64,000 nucleotides of DNA, taken from assembly GCA_964437705.1 (NCBI GenBank), contig CAYTHX010000002.1:16916-80915 (forward strand), written 5' to 3'. Source of the DNA: an uncultured Nitrososphaeria archaeon (GTDB taxonomy: Archaea > Thermoproteota > Nitrososphaeria > Geothermarchaeales > JDFR-13). A program made the translations under genes and the position numbers. The stretch's first letter is position 1; each line of letters starts with the position of its first letter. This document shows positions 21,205 to 31,364 of the stretch, one piece after another. The notes beneath the pieces are model-generated. The model saw only the letters and a program-made list of their open reading frames with translations. It had not been told where the DNA came from and did not search any database.

Positions 21205-22263
21205 TTAAACTTCTTCAACTGGTTCTATCAATACGTATTTAGACTCATAAAGCTCTCTTACGATCTTTTCTGCTCTTACACTTCTAGCAATTAAGTAAGT
21301 ATTTCCGCCTATTTTACCTATACTTATATCCGCGAAATATCCATACTTATCGTCTACACTTGAAATAGCACTATGTAGTTCAGCATTTAAATCTTTAAGT
21401 AAAATATCTGTTTCTCCATTATTTAGGTAGAACTTAACTCCTTCCTCCGATGCTTCATAACTTTTTACTAGATTTATGTTAACTCCCTTCTCTTCTAAAG
21501 CTTTCCTTAAACTACTTAGTGCATAGTATTTCGTTCCAAATACTGTAAGTGTGAGGTATACTGTTTCCTCGATTCTGGTACTCCCTCCCCATCCAAGTCT
21601 CATTCTCCATATAGCCCTTATATGGGTTGGTGGAGCAAAATAACATATTTTAGGAGTATATGCAGCATGGAAGAAAGAGGCATAAAGTTCATCAGCAGCT
21701 GCGCGAAGAGCTAATCCCGTAGGTACAGTAGTTATCCAAAAACACACGCTATCTAATTCGTCTTTATTTTTAATTACGATAGGTTTCGGTATTATATGTG
21801 ATAATACCATTAACTTTTCTGTAAATCCATTTTTAAAGCCTACTGTAGCTATTGCATCAACATAGTCTTTCTCCAGTAAAAACTTCATTATTTCTTTAGC
21901 TAGGCTAATTGGACTTATATTCTCTGTAGACTTGTATATAGCTCTAAAAATACCTAATTCTCCCTTTCTATAGTTCTCACCAAATATTACTGATAGTTTA
22001 TCCTCAGATAGATTATTAAAGCCTTTAAATTCGTCATCAGTAGTCATCGGACACGCATTATAACAGTATCCGCATCTTATACATACAGCCACTAATCTAG
22101 GAGATTCATCCATCATCTGCAAAGCATTCGCTGGACATACCGCAACACACGTTCCACAACCTATACATTTACCAGCACGTAAAACATCTTTTAATAAATT
22201 CGCAAAGATTGGCCTTGGAGTTATTGGTCCATACTGAGTAGGCCATAGTGCTCTTTTACTCAA
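21205..22263 (-). CDS. FpoF/FrhB-like protein (2x[4Fe-4S] ferredoxin domain fused to an F420 hydrogenase/dehydrogenase beta-subunit-like domain), first gene of the nuo cluster
   Basis: N-terminal CIGCGTCVAVCP and CIRCGYCYNACP. The remaining ~280 aa match the FrhB-type N-domain pattern (GIFRAIY...ATVGF). The size (352 aa) and domain order are those of FpoF. Confidence 0.5.
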   Translation of the reverse strand: MSKRALWPTQYGPITPRPIFANLLKDVLRAGKCIGCGTCVAVCPANALQMMDESPRLVAVCIRCGYCYNACPMTTDDEFKGFNNLSEDKLSVIFGENYRKGELGIFRAIYKSTENISPISLAKEIMKFLLEKDYVDAIATVGFKNGFTEKLMVLSHIIPKPIVIKNKDELDSVCFWITTVPTGLALRAAADELYASFFHAAYTPKICYFAPPTHIRAIWRMRLGWGGSTRIEETVYLTLTVFGTKYYALSSLRKALEEKGVNINLVKSYEASEEGVKFYLNNGETDILLKDLNAELHSAISSVDDKYGYFADISIGKIGGNTYLIARSVRAEKIVRELYESKYVLIEPVEEV

Positions 22264-22412
22264 TACTCTACACCATCCTGCACTCTATAGTACTATATTA
22301 TATAGATTAATAGCAAAGCGATTTATTTTTGTTATATGTATAGATTTATACAGTAATTTTTTGTTTAAGATTATTATTTTCTATTTATACCTATTACAAA
22401 TATTACAAAATA

Positions 22413-23009
22413 ATGATCGTGATCGAGCATTTAATGGAAAAATTATGGAGGTGGCTTTATCTAGAGTATAAGAATGCATTGGGATTTTCTAGTGATATTA
22501 TCATTGCAAACTTGCCTAGGCGATATCATCACTTATTTCCTCGCAATAGAATCTTTGAAAAAAGCGTTCTGGACATGTATCCTAGCGATCGAATCATAAT
22601 ACTTGATCCAAAAGCAAGGGAGACTTTGTCACATGATAAAATTAATACTAATGATGTTATTGTTGTTGGTGGAATTCTAGGTTTTGATCCACCTTTAGGT
22701 AGAACTTATAAACTTCTTACTTCAAGAATAAAGGATGCTAGGTCATATAATATTGGGGAGAAGCAATTATCTATTGATGGAGCAGTTTATGTTGCACTTA
22801 GAATTTTACATGGAGAAAATTTTTGTGAGATTAAATTTATTGATGATTACTATATACTGACTAATGTTGGAAGTATTGTTAAGCTACCATATAGATATCC
22901 TCTTATAAATGAAAAACCAGTCATTTCAAAGGAGCTCCTTAGGTTAATCTATATATATGGTTTACCATTTGGGGGTTATGGTGAGTCTATTTGGGGAGAG
23001 GTAAGGTAA
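22413..23009 (+). CDS. hypothetical protein (possible SPOUT-like fold)
   Basis: Glycine-rich VIVVGGILGF segment and no other recognisable motif. Overlaps the start of the next gene. Confidence 0.35.
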   Translation: MIVIEHLMEKLWRWLYLEYKNALGFSSDIIIANLPRRYHHLFPRNRIFEKSVLDMYPSDRIIILDPKARETLSHDKINTNDVIVVGGILGFDPPLGRTYKLLTSRIKDARSYNIGEKQLSIDGAVYVALRILHGENFCEIKFIDDYYILTNVGSIVKLPYRYPLINEKPVISKELLRLIYIYGLPFGGYGESIWGEVR

Positions 23010-23491
23010 TACAAGTTGTAATATATGATTGTGATAATACAATATGGACTCACTATGACGTTAGTATATTGAAAAGGCCGTTTAAAAAAATTGATGACAT
23101 GGTGATCGACTCGGTAAATGAAGTTGTGAAGTTAAACCCAGGTTTAGTAGAGACTTTAAAGATACTTAGGGAGAAGAATATCAAGATTGGGGTAGCTAGC
23201 TTTAATATACCAGAAGCAGCTATTGATATCCTGAAACTATTTAGTATCTATGATTTAATAGATTATCCTGTAATTGAATATCATCCATACAAGGATAGGA
23301 TGATTAAAAAGATTATTAAAATGGCATCTAGAGACTTAGGCAAGGTTATCAAGCTTAATAATGTGATATTTATTGATGATGATGAGTGGACTATTAAATA
23401 TGTATCTAGACGGCTTCCAAAATTAATAATATTAAGATATGGATATGATATAAAGAATCATGCTGAGGTCCTAAATTATATTGACCCTTAA
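22991..23491 (+). CDS. HAD-superfamily magnesium-dependent phosphatase-1 (MDP-1)-like
   Basis: HAD motif I DCDNTIW near the N-terminus and a C-terminal IDDD motif. Confidence 0.6.
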   Translation: MGRGKVIQVVIYDCDNTIWTHYDVSILKRPFKKIDDMVIDSVNEVVKLNPGLVETLKILREKNIKIGVASFNIPEAAIDILKLFSIYDLIDYPVIEYHPYKDRMIKKIIKMASRDLGKVIKLNNVIFIDDDEWTIKYVSRRLPKLIILRYGYDIKNHAEVLNYIDP

Positions 23492-23565
23492 TTTACTTAT
23501 CAGTAAAAAAACTATTTATATTTATAAGGACTAAATATTTCTGTTTTGGAGGTGTATATTAATAT

Positions 23566-23832
23566 ATGATTAGATTAGGCGCACCTGAGATTTTAGTTAT
23601 ACTTATCCTTATTGTTCTGTTAATTTGGGGACCTAAGCAAATACCAAAATTAGCTAGATCATTAGGTTTAGCTAAGAAAGAGTTTGAGAAGGCGGCTAAA
23701 GGTGAGGTTGAGGAAGAAGAAGAAACTACTGATGAATTGATAAAGTTAGCTAAAGAATTGGGTATAGATACTGAGGGTAAAAGCAGAGAAGAAATTAAAA
23801 AGGAAATCTTAAAAAAAACTAAGAAGGATTAA
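23566..23832 (+). CDS. tatA: twin-arginine translocase subunit TatA/E-like
   Basis: N-terminal TM helix followed by an amphipathic helix (GAPEILVILILIVLLIWGPKQIPKLARSLGLAKKEF) and an acidic tail. Confidence 0.7.
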   Translation: MIRLGAPEILVILILIVLLIWGPKQIPKLARSLGLAKKEFEKAAKGEVEEEEETTDELIKLAKELGIDTEGKSREEIKKEILKKTKKD

Positions 23833-23837
23833 TATTT

Positions 23838-25517
23838 TTACTCAAATTCAGATTCTGGTTCAGGTCCTCCGCCTCTCTCCTTGCCTTTCTCTTCCTTTAG
23901 CTTAGAGGCTGCTATCAGGTCGTCAATTCTTAGTATCATTGCTGCTGCTTCTGTAGCTGACTTAATTATTTGTTCCTTGACAAGCAATGGTTCTAAAACT
24001 TCGTTCTTCATCATATCTTCGACTTTTCCTGTATATACGTTTACACCTGCCCATACTTCGTCATTAGCATGTCTGGCCTTTAGCTCGACTTCAATGTCAA
24101 TTGTGTCTAGTCCAGCATTCTCAGCTAGTGTTAGTGGTATGGCTTCTAGAGCTTCTGCGAATTTCTCAGCTGCTAGTTGTTCTCTTCCAGAGAGGGATGA
24201 CGCCCACTTTCTGATTACTCTAGCGGCTTCTGCTTCTGGAGCACCACCACCTGCTACAATAGCTGGCTTAATTAGTACGTCTCTGACTACACATAGAGCA
24301 TCATGGAGACTTCTCTCAGCTTCGTCAACTACTCTCTCGCTACCACCCCTTATTAGTATCGTGACTGATCTTGGATTCTTACATCCTTCAACAAATATCA
24401 TTTTATCTTCTTCAACTTTTCTCTCTTCAACTAATTCTGCCTCTCCTAGGTCAGCTTCAGATAAGTCTTCTAAGTTTGTAATTATTCTTGCTCCGGTAGC
24501 TTTTGCGAGCTTCTCCATATCTGACTGCTTAATTCTTCTAGCAGCTAGTATTCTTGCTTTGGCTAGGTAATGCTGAGCTATATCATCGATTCCCTTTTGA
24601 CAGAAAACTACATTTGCACCTACAGACTTAATTTTATCAACCATCTCTTTAAGCATCTTGTTCTCTTCTTCTAGGAATAATCTCATTTGTTCTGGTGATG
24701 TAATGTTGATTCTAGCGTCAAACTCTGTTTTCTCAATTTCAAGTGGTGCATTGATAAGAGCAATCTTTGCTTTTTCAATTCTCTTTGGCATTCCACTATG
24801 TACCACTTCCTTATCTAACACGATACCTCTAATTAACTGAGTATCTCTTATACTTCCACCAGGCTTCTTTTCGATTTTAACGTCATCAACATCAACTTTG
24901 ACTCTACCATCAACTTCCTCCTTAACTGTTAGTATAGCTTCAACGGCTAATTCAGCTAAGTACTCCTTATCAGTTGCAACTAGCTTTGAACCCATTGCTG
25001 TTGAAGCAATTTTCTTAAGTAGCTCTTTATCATTAGGATCGACCTTCTTAGCAATTTTATTTAGTGTTTCTAATGCCTTTTCTGCAGCTTTCTTATATCC
25101 ATCAATTATTATAGTTGGGTGGACATCTTTGTCAATTAGCTCGTCTGCTTTGTCAAGTAGTGCACCTGCCAGTACTACTACTGAAGTTGTTCCATCACCA
25201 ACTTCTGCGTCTTGAGCTTTAGCTAGCTCTACCATGATCTTAGCTGCTGGATGTTCAACTTCCATCTCTTTAAGCATCGTAGCACCGTCATTTGTAATTA
25301 CGACGTCTCCAAGACTATCAACTAACATTTTATCCATTCCTTTAGGACCTAAGGATGACTTTACAATATCAGCTACAATTTTGGCCGCTAATATAAGTCT
25401 TTTCTGAGCTTCTCTACCTTTACTTCTTGTGGTACCCTCTTTTAGTATTAGTATAGGTTGACCTGAAGCAGTAACTGCTGGGATTGCTGTGGCGGATGCG
25501 GTAGACATAGAAATCAC
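23838..25517 (-). CDS. ths: thermosome subunit (group II chaperonin)
   Basis: [25 protein letters not shown] and the GGGAPE motif. 559 aa. Confidence 0.95.
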   Translation of the reverse strand: MISMSTASATAIPAVTASGQPILILKEGTTRSKGREAQKRLILAAKIVADIVKSSLGPKGMDKMLVDSLGDVVITNDGATMLKEMEVEHPAAKIMVELAKAQDAEVGDGTTSVVVLAGALLDKADELIDKDVHPTIIIDGYKKAAEKALETLNKIAKKVDPNDKELLKKIASTAMGSKLVATDKEYLAELAVEAILTVKEEVDGRVKVDVDDVKIEKKPGGSIRDTQLIRGIVLDKEVVHSGMPKRIEKAKIALINAPLEIEKTEFDARINITSPEQMRLFLEEENKMLKEMVDKIKSVGANVVFCQKGIDDIAQHYLAKARILAARRIKQSDMEKLAKATGARIITNLEDLSEADLGEAELVEERKVEEDKMIFVEGCKNPRSVTILIRGGSERVVDEAERSLHDALCVVRDVLIKPAIVAGGGAPEAEAARVIRKWASSLSGREQLAAEKFAEALEAIPLTLAENAGLDTIDIEVELKARHANDEVWAGVNVYTGKVEDMMKNEVLEPLLVKEQIIKSATEAAAMILRIDDLIAASKLKEEKGKERGGGPEPESEFE

Positions 25518-25759
25518 CTCTTCGCTAATCTCAACTTATTTTCCATATATAAATTCGGAATTCTATTTATATGTTTTACTTTATACTACATCTAAAATAT
25601 ATAATTGATATTTATATCACGCTTATGCTAAAATAACTTGCTAGTAACTTATAAATACTTATAAATTGTCCTTTACGTCTAATAAATGATAAGTTGGGGT
25701 GAATAAATATATTAGATGTAAACAAGTTTATACAGAGTCTAATTGGGCAAAAAATCATC

Positions 25760-25981
25760 GTGAAGCTAAGAGGGGGAGTTATAAGCGGAATACTACTAGA
25801 CTCCACACCAACAGGTGGATTGCTTCTAGAAAATGTTGAAATATTAGAGGATAAACGTGGTAGGTTATCAATTAGTCGTGGATTTGAGTATTTTAAAGAT
25901 AAGGTTTTTATTAGAGGAGATAATATAATAGCGATTATGCTTAAGCCTGGTGAAGAAAGTGATATAGTCCATCAAGAATAA
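25760..25981 (+). CDS. Sm-like (LSm/SmAP) protein; true start uncertain
   Basis: Sm1-like VKLRGG and Sm2-like IRGDNII segments. The in-frame upstream codons encode an N-terminal helix (LDVNKFIQSLIGQKIIV), but there is no canonical start codon between the TGA at 25700 and the GTG at 25760. Confidence 0.5.
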   Translation: MKLRGGVISGILLDSTPTGGLLLENVEILEDKRGRLSISRGFEYFKDKVFIRGDNIIAIMLKPGEESDIVHQE

Positions 25982-26573
25982 AGTATGCTGAGAAGTATAG
26001 CATTAGTAACCCAAGTGCATACCTAAATATCTTAAACGGTTTGCCAGTTAACTTCCTTAAGGCGGAATATCCTAAAAAGGCAAGTAGTGCTAACCAGAAG
26101 TAGTCCATCCAAACATGAAATACGTAGAATACAGGCATCAATCCTATACCAACAGTACTTACAATATCAAGTATTAATTTAGCTCCTACGGTTAACCACC
26201 AAATTATGAAGTATGGATTTAACCCCGTTAGAGTAATTCCTGTTAATAGTGCACTTTTTCCTCCGAATACATCTATATCCTCAGAAATCTCCTTTGATTT
26301 GAAAATTGAAATTGTAAAGTATAGGAGAGCTAAGCCACCTAAAATTGATAGTGTCCACTGTATGCCACTCATTAGCGAGATGTTAATTAAACCATATCCA
26401 ATTAGTAAGTATAGAGGGAATTCGAATATTGTATGTCCAATCGCTACTCCTAATCCACCCCTCCAGCCGCTTCTATTACCTATTGCAATAGTCGAAATCG
26501 AGAGAGGGCCTGGTGCTAGCGCTCCCGAAGCAGTTATTAACTGAATTTCAATGATTAGTGCTATTATATTCAT
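25941..26573 (-). CDS. LysE/RhtB-family amino-acid exporter
   Basis: Six-TM protein with N-terminal GALAPGP(L) and a LysE-type translocator pattern. Confidence 0.65.
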   Translation of the reverse strand: MNIIALIIEIQLITASGALAPGPLSISTIAIGNRSGWRGGLGVAIGHTIFEFPLYLLIGYGLINISLMSGIQWTLSILGGLALLYFTISIFKSKEISEDIDVFGGKSALLTGITLTGLNPYFIIWWLTVGAKLILDIVSTVGIGLMPVFYVFHVWMDYFWLALLAFLGYSALRKLTGKPFKIFRYALGLLMLYFSAYFILDGLYHFLHQA

Positions 26574-26625
26574 AATAAGAATAGTTAGTACTTACATAAT
26601 TTTTAAGGTTACTTAATCTAATTTA

Positions 26626-27579
26626 GTGAGAAAAATGAAAATTAATACTCTAATTTTAATGGGTGGCTTTGCTAAGAGAATGTGGCCGGTTACTAAGAAG
26701 TATCCTAAAGGACTTTTATTTCTTGGAAGACGAAAAATTTTAGAGATAATTATTAGTAAAATCCTAAATCTACAAAATATGTTAAAGGGAGAAATTTACA
26801 TTTCAACAAACCAGTGTTTTGCTGAGCAGATAAGTAAATGGTTAGAAAGTATGGGCTTAAATGTAAAAATTATTGTAGAAGAGGCCCGTTCTGAAGATGA
26901 AAAATTAGGTGCAGTAGCTGGTTTACATTATGATCTTAGGCATATGTCAAGTGCTGATGGATATCTTGTTATCGCAGGAGACAACTATTTTGAGGACAGC
27001 TTAATAGACCTTGTATCTAAGTACCTAAAAGTTAAAAAGCATATTATAGCACTTTACAAGCTAGATGATATTCAGCTGGCAACTAAGTATGGCGTTGCAA
27101 CTATAAGTGACGACCTAATAGTTAATGTAATTGAAAAGCCTAAAAAACCTATTGGAGACTTAGTCTGTACAGCAATTTATATATTTACAAAAAAATTACC
27201 AATGCTACTAGGAAGTTATCTAAGTGAAAGCACTCTTAGAGATAGACTTGGGGATTTTATTTCTTGGCTTGTTAAGAAAGAACAAGTGTATTGGTATATG
27301 CTTAGGGGAAAATGGATCGATATTGGCGGTGTACATGAATATTTATCCCTCTTAAGAGAAAAGTTTTGCGGCATACATGTAGCGTGTGGAGCTAAGATCT
27401 TGAATTCCTCATTTCATGATACGGTAATCTTAGATAAAGGAGTTAGCGTTATTAACTCTAAGGTTAGGAATAGCGTTATATTGGCAAACACTGAAATTAA
27501 GGATTCAGTTATTTGTAATTCCTTAATTGGAGTACGTAGAAGAATTGTGGGTAAAAACGTGAATAACGCTATTCTGTAG
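26626..27579 (+). CDS. sugar-phosphate nucleotidyltransferase with C-terminal left-handed beta-helix
   Basis: LILMGGFAKRMWP (GxGxR NTP-transferase motif). The C-terminus has hexapeptide-like repeats (VINSKVRNSVILANTEIKDSVI). Confidence 0.6.
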   Translation: MRKMKINTLILMGGFAKRMWPVTKKYPKGLLFLGRRKILEIIISKILNLQNMLKGEIYISTNQCFAEQISKWLESMGLNVKIIVEEARSEDEKLGAVAGLHYDLRHMSSADGYLVIAGDNYFEDSLIDLVSKYLKVKKHIIALYKLDDIQLATKYGVATISDDLIVNVIEKPKKPIGDLVCTAIYIFTKKLPMLLGSYLSESTLRDRLGDFISWLVKKEQVYWYMLRGKWIDIGGVHEYLSLLREKFCGIHVACGAKILNSSFHDTVILDKGVSVINSKVRNSVILANTEIKDSVICNSLIGVRRRIVGKNVNNAIL

Positions 27580-28069
27580 AGTTTAGTTTTAAAGACATCT
27601 CATATGCGTCTTCTCCATCTTTATAATATCCACGCTTTATTTGTGACACGGAAAATCCAAGTTTTCTATACAAGTTTATAGCTTCACTATTTGATATTCT
27701 TACCTCTAGGAAAACATCTACACAGTGATAGACATCCCTTAAAGCTTTAATAGCTTCTTTAAGTAGCTGTGTACCTATACCTTTACGTCTATACTCTGGA
27801 AGTACAGCAAATGAGACTATATGTCCTCTTTTAATTCTATGGATTGGGAAGGATAATATAATCGCATCTTCAACTCTACACATTATATAGCCAATAACTT
27901 TATTATCAAGTTTTGCTACTAAGAAACTTTCTGGGTATCTCTCAAGTAAATATTCGAAGAAAAAGCGTGGATAGTTTTCAGGTAAGGTTCTTAGATTTAT
28001 GTTTATAACCTGATCTAAATCTTCCTTCGTGGCACGTTCAATTCTATATTCCAACTCAGGTTTAGCCAC
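27569..28069 (-). CDS. GNAT N-acetyltransferase (Ard1/NatA-like N-alpha-acetyltransferase)
   Basis: Acetyl-CoA-binding motif RRKGIGTQLL. The size (166 aa) matches archaeal Ard1. Confidence 0.7.
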   Translation of the reverse strand: MAKPELEYRIERATKEDLDQVININLRTLPENYPRFFFEYLLERYPESFLVAKLDNKVIGYIMCRVEDAIILSFPIHRIKRGHIVSFAVLPEYRRKGIGTQLLKEAIKALRDVYHCVDVFLEVRISNSEAINLYRKLGFSVSQIKRGYYKDGEDAYEMSLKLNSTE

Positions 28070-28177
28070 GAAAATTCCCCTACCCAGATTCCAATCAAGA
28101 TATTTTTATTCAGGGTATTATTAAACCTAATGGTAAAGAGGAGGAAATTTATAATATTTATGGGAGGGTAGTATAAA

Positions 28178-29287
28178 GTGTATATTGAAGGTAGCGAGGA
28201 TGTATTAGCAAAATTAGATGAAGTAATTAGTATAGCTAGTAAATATTTCACGGTCATTGATTATTACATTTCAGATAATACTGTAACGATAAGAGTTATA
28301 TGTGAAGATATTAAGAGAAGATTTTTGGATTTCTATAATGAGATTAAGAGGTTGGAGATAGTACCATTTTTAGATAAGGTTGATGATTACTTTGAAATTA
28401 AAATTGCAAAGTATATTCCTCGAGAGAAAAGCGACGTAAAGAAGCCTATTGCTTTACTTTTAGCTACAATTGGCACGGTTACTATGGATGGATGGATGCG
28501 AAGTGTGAATCCATATCTATATTATGCAGTACCAGGTTATAATCCAGTCTTTATGACGATTCTATTTACAGTTGCTCTTCTTGGGATAATTGGTATACAC
28601 GAATTAGGGCATAAACTTGCATTACATATTTATGGTATTAAGGCTAGCTGGCCATACTTTATACCCGGAATTCCTGGTGTATTTCCAACATTTGGAGCAG
28701 TAATTACTCAGGAGGAAATACCTCCAAATAGGGATAGGTTATTTGATATGGGAGTATCTGGACCAATTGCAGGATTTATCACAACAGTTATTGTATCAGC
28801 TTACGCTGTATTAACGGCTCCTGTTGTATCTATAGATACACTCAAACAGTGGCATGCAAAAATAGGTGGTGAAATAATGCCATTCCCTGTGCCTATATTA
28901 TATTCATTGCTCCAGGATATTTTGAGACCATTAAAGGAGGGGTATGTAGTACTTGTAGATCCAATAACATGGGCAGCGGTTGTTGGGATGCTTATTACAG
29001 CCTTAAATATCTTTCCAGCATGGCAGTTAGATGGTGGACATCTAGCTAGAGCAGTTTTAGGACCAAAGTACCATAAATACTCAACATTGATCTCAATATT
29101 TATACTATTTTTAGTTGGGTATTACTTTATGGCTTTATTTATATGGTTTATGTACATTATGAGTAGAGGAGTCACAATTAGACCATTAGATGATGTTTCA
29201 TCAGTATCACTTAGCAGAAAAATAATTTTTATAATTTCATGGATACTTGCATTTCTATGTTTACCACTACCTAGCTTCTCACTATAA
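28178..29287 (+). CDS. site-2 protease family (M50) intramembrane metalloprotease
   Basis: HELGHKLALH (HExxH) within a TM helix, a distal LDGG motif (QLDGGHL), and multiple TM segments. Confidence 0.7.
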   Translation: MYIEGSEDVLAKLDEVISIASKYFTVIDYYISDNTVTIRVICEDIKRRFLDFYNEIKRLEIVPFLDKVDDYFEIKIAKYIPREKSDVKKPIALLLATIGTVTMDGWMRSVNPYLYYAVPGYNPVFMTILFTVALLGIIGIHELGHKLALHIYGIKASWPYFIPGIPGVFPTFGAVITQEEIPPNRDRLFDMGVSGPIAGFITTVIVSAYAVLTAPVVSIDTLKQWHAKIGGEIMPFPVPILYSLLQDILRPLKEGYVVLVDPITWAAVVGMLITALNIFPAWQLDGGHLARAVLGPKYHKYSTLISIFILFLVGYYFMALFIWFMYIMSRGVTIRPLDDVSSVSLSRKIIFIISWILAFLCLPLPSFSL

Positions 29288-29310
29288 ATCAGCTTAGCCA
29301 GCTTAGAATA

Positions 29311-30279
29311 CTACTTCATATTTACGTTTAGCACATCCTCAATAACTGTTACCATCCTCTTTTTCCTTGATGGAATTCTTTTTATAACACTATTTAAATC
29401 ACTAATCACCTTCAATCCTAAGTACTTTAAGAGACTTTTTGGATATCCAGATAGTAGATAATGTGTAAATGGAAAATCACTAGCTAAGTTTTTAAATAAA
29501 TATATTATGAGATCAGCATACGTAGATACATCTTCCTTTTTGATTCTAGCGATTTTTGTCGGGTCTATACTTAAATCTCTTGATGCATCTCCAATCATTA
29601 GTAAATATTCAATTTCATTTCCATATATCCAAAAGACTTTGATAAATGATATTAAGATATTTATGATGTTTGCGTCATATGGATATCCTCCTACACTACC
29701 TATTGTTAGAGGTGAAATACCTACCTTCATATCCCACTTCTCCTTATATTTTTCAATACCTCTTAGCCATGCTTTAACTCCTAAGCCACATTCTACATCT
29801 ATTGGTGAATCACCGCTAAAAATAAAATCAATTGTATAGATATCATTTGGAAATACTTTCACGGCTCTATCTACAAGCTTTTCTACTTCAGTTTTAACAT
29901 TATTAGCACTTAAAATAACTTCCTTAATTGTATTCCATTCTACATTTAGGTAATGTGCTGTTACCGATCCTCTATAGCTAAGAAGTGGATCTTGGCGAAT
30001 TATAGAGACTACAGTATTGTAGTTCTCACTGTTCTCTTTATATTCGATCCCAGTTTCGTTAAGAGCAGATTTAATGACCTTCTTCTCCTCCCTTGTTAAT
30101 GTAGGGTCAATACATATAACTGGCTCGTGAATCTCACTTAAAAAATTAGTAATTTTTTGTATAACTGTATTTCTTGATCCTCTTGATGGATGAATTCGTG
30201 GAGATATTCTAAGGTCTATAGGATCTGGTAAATCAACTGGGCACTCCGTATCATCATAGGGAAGCCATATTTCCACCAA
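29311..30279 (-). CDS. hypothetical protein
   Basis: 322-aa ORF with no recognisable motif. Confidence 0.4.
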   Translation of the reverse strand: MVEIWLPYDDTECPVDLPDPIDLRISPRIHPSRGSRNTVIQKITNFLSEIHEPVICIDPTLTREEKKVIKSALNETGIEYKENSENYNTVVSIIRQDPLLSYRGSVTAHYLNVEWNTIKEVILSANNVKTEVEKLVDRAVKVFPNDIYTIDFIFSGDSPIDVECGLGVKAWLRGIEKYKEKWDMKVGISPLTIGSVGGYPYDANIINILISFIKVFWIYGNEIEYLLMIGDASRDLSIDPTKIARIKKEDVSTYADLIIYLFKNLASDFPFTHYLLSGYPKSLLKYLGLKVISDLNSVIKRIPSRKKRMVTVIEDVLNVNMK

Positions 30280-30326
30280 AATTACACCACCAATTAAATT
30301 TCCGTATTAAATAATAATTATATTGT

Positions 30327-30932
30327 ATGCTGTGGAGGAAAAAGGGTATAAGAATGCTTGGTATCGCTGAAAGCTTTTATAAAGGTGGGAAAAAGAGCAT
30401 TTTAGTTGGTATAGTGCAGAGGGCAGATTTAATTATTGATGGATTCTCAATTGCATTTCCAACTCTAGGTGGTTTAGACGCCACAGATAAAGTATTGGAA
30501 ATATATGATAGCTTACATAGGGAGGATATTAACGTTATAGGTCTTTCAGGTACGGTTATTAGCTGGTTTAACGTTATTGACTTAATAAGGATTCATAGAG
30601 AAACTAGATTACCAGTTATATCAATTACATATGAAGAATCAGAAGGTCTACTTATGTATTTTAGAAAGTATTTTCCTAATGACTGGCAGAAAAGATGGGA
30701 GATACATTGCAGGAATGGGGAGAGATTAAAAGTTAAGTTAAAAACAGGTTATGAGATTTTTATACGTCCTATTGGCGTAAGTATAGATGAGGCAGTATTT
30801 ATTTTAAATAGATTTTTGGTTGAGGGAAAACATCCTGAACCAATTAGAATTGCTCAGTTAATTGCACATAAACTTTCAAGAGAAATATTACCGATCATCA
30901 ATAAGTATTATTCAGAACATACTCATAGCTGA
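30327..30932 (+). CDS. UPF0215/DUF99-family protein
   Basis: N-terminal LGIAESF...GIVQRADLIIDGF pattern typical of archaeal DUF99 proteins. Confidence 0.5.
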   Translation: MLWRKKGIRMLGIAESFYKGGKKSILVGIVQRADLIIDGFSIAFPTLGGLDATDKVLEIYDSLHREDINVIGLSGTVISWFNVIDLIRIHRETRLPVISITYEESEGLLMYFRKYFPNDWQKRWEIHCRNGERLKVKLKTGYEIFIRPIGVSIDEAVFILNRFLVEGKHPEPIRIAQLIAHKLSREILPIINKYYSEHTHS

Positions 30933-30997
30933 TAACTTCTAGTTAGATTTTTAAGGCTATAAAATGAACTATATAGATATTATATTATAGGGGTTAG

Positions 30998-31321
30998 TTG
31001 GTGGGAAATGTGAAAATTATCGATCCATATAAGGATAAAACAGATCAATATTGTACGGCTTTTTGTAAGTTTTTTAGGTGTCAGCGAAGAGCTTTGATAA
31101 TTAAACGAGATCGTAGGATATGTAGACTTACAGGTGACGACTGTAATCCACGTAACTGCGTATATGCTAGCTGTGTAATAAATAGATATATACCGAACCA
31201 AGGTTTGTGCGGCTTAATGATTAAGCGTAAAACGAGAGACTTGACACCAGAAAAGCTTGTAGAGCTACCAGAGGATAGATTTAAGGGTAAGATTAGGGGA
31301 GATAAGGATTTACTATATTAA
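30998..31321 (+). CDS. small cysteine-rich basic protein (putative metal-binding)
   Basis: 107 aa with 9 Cys (CTAFCKFFRC, CRLTGDDCNPRNCVYASC). No family recognised. Confidence 0.3.
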   Translation: MVGNVKIIDPYKDKTDQYCTAFCKFFRCQRRALIIKRDRRICRLTGDDCNPRNCVYASCVINRYIPNQGLCGLMIKRKTRDLTPEKLVELPEDRFKGKIRGDKDLLY

Positions 31322-31364
31322 ATTAAGGATAAATAAGCATCATTCTACATGTCAGTAAGACGTT

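Noticed and set aside
21205-22263. Could this be NuoE, NuoF or NuoG?
   Set aside because: It has no NADH or FMN motifs, no thioredoxin-like 2Fe-2S domain and no molybdopterin-like domain. The architecture is ferredoxin + FrhB-like.
23881-25215. Several long ORFs antisense to the thermosome gene (23881..24570, 24658..24840, 24898..25215)
   Set aside because: They are low-complexity and Ser/Ala-rich. They are mirror frames of a highly expressed, codon-biased gene, and no start context supports them.
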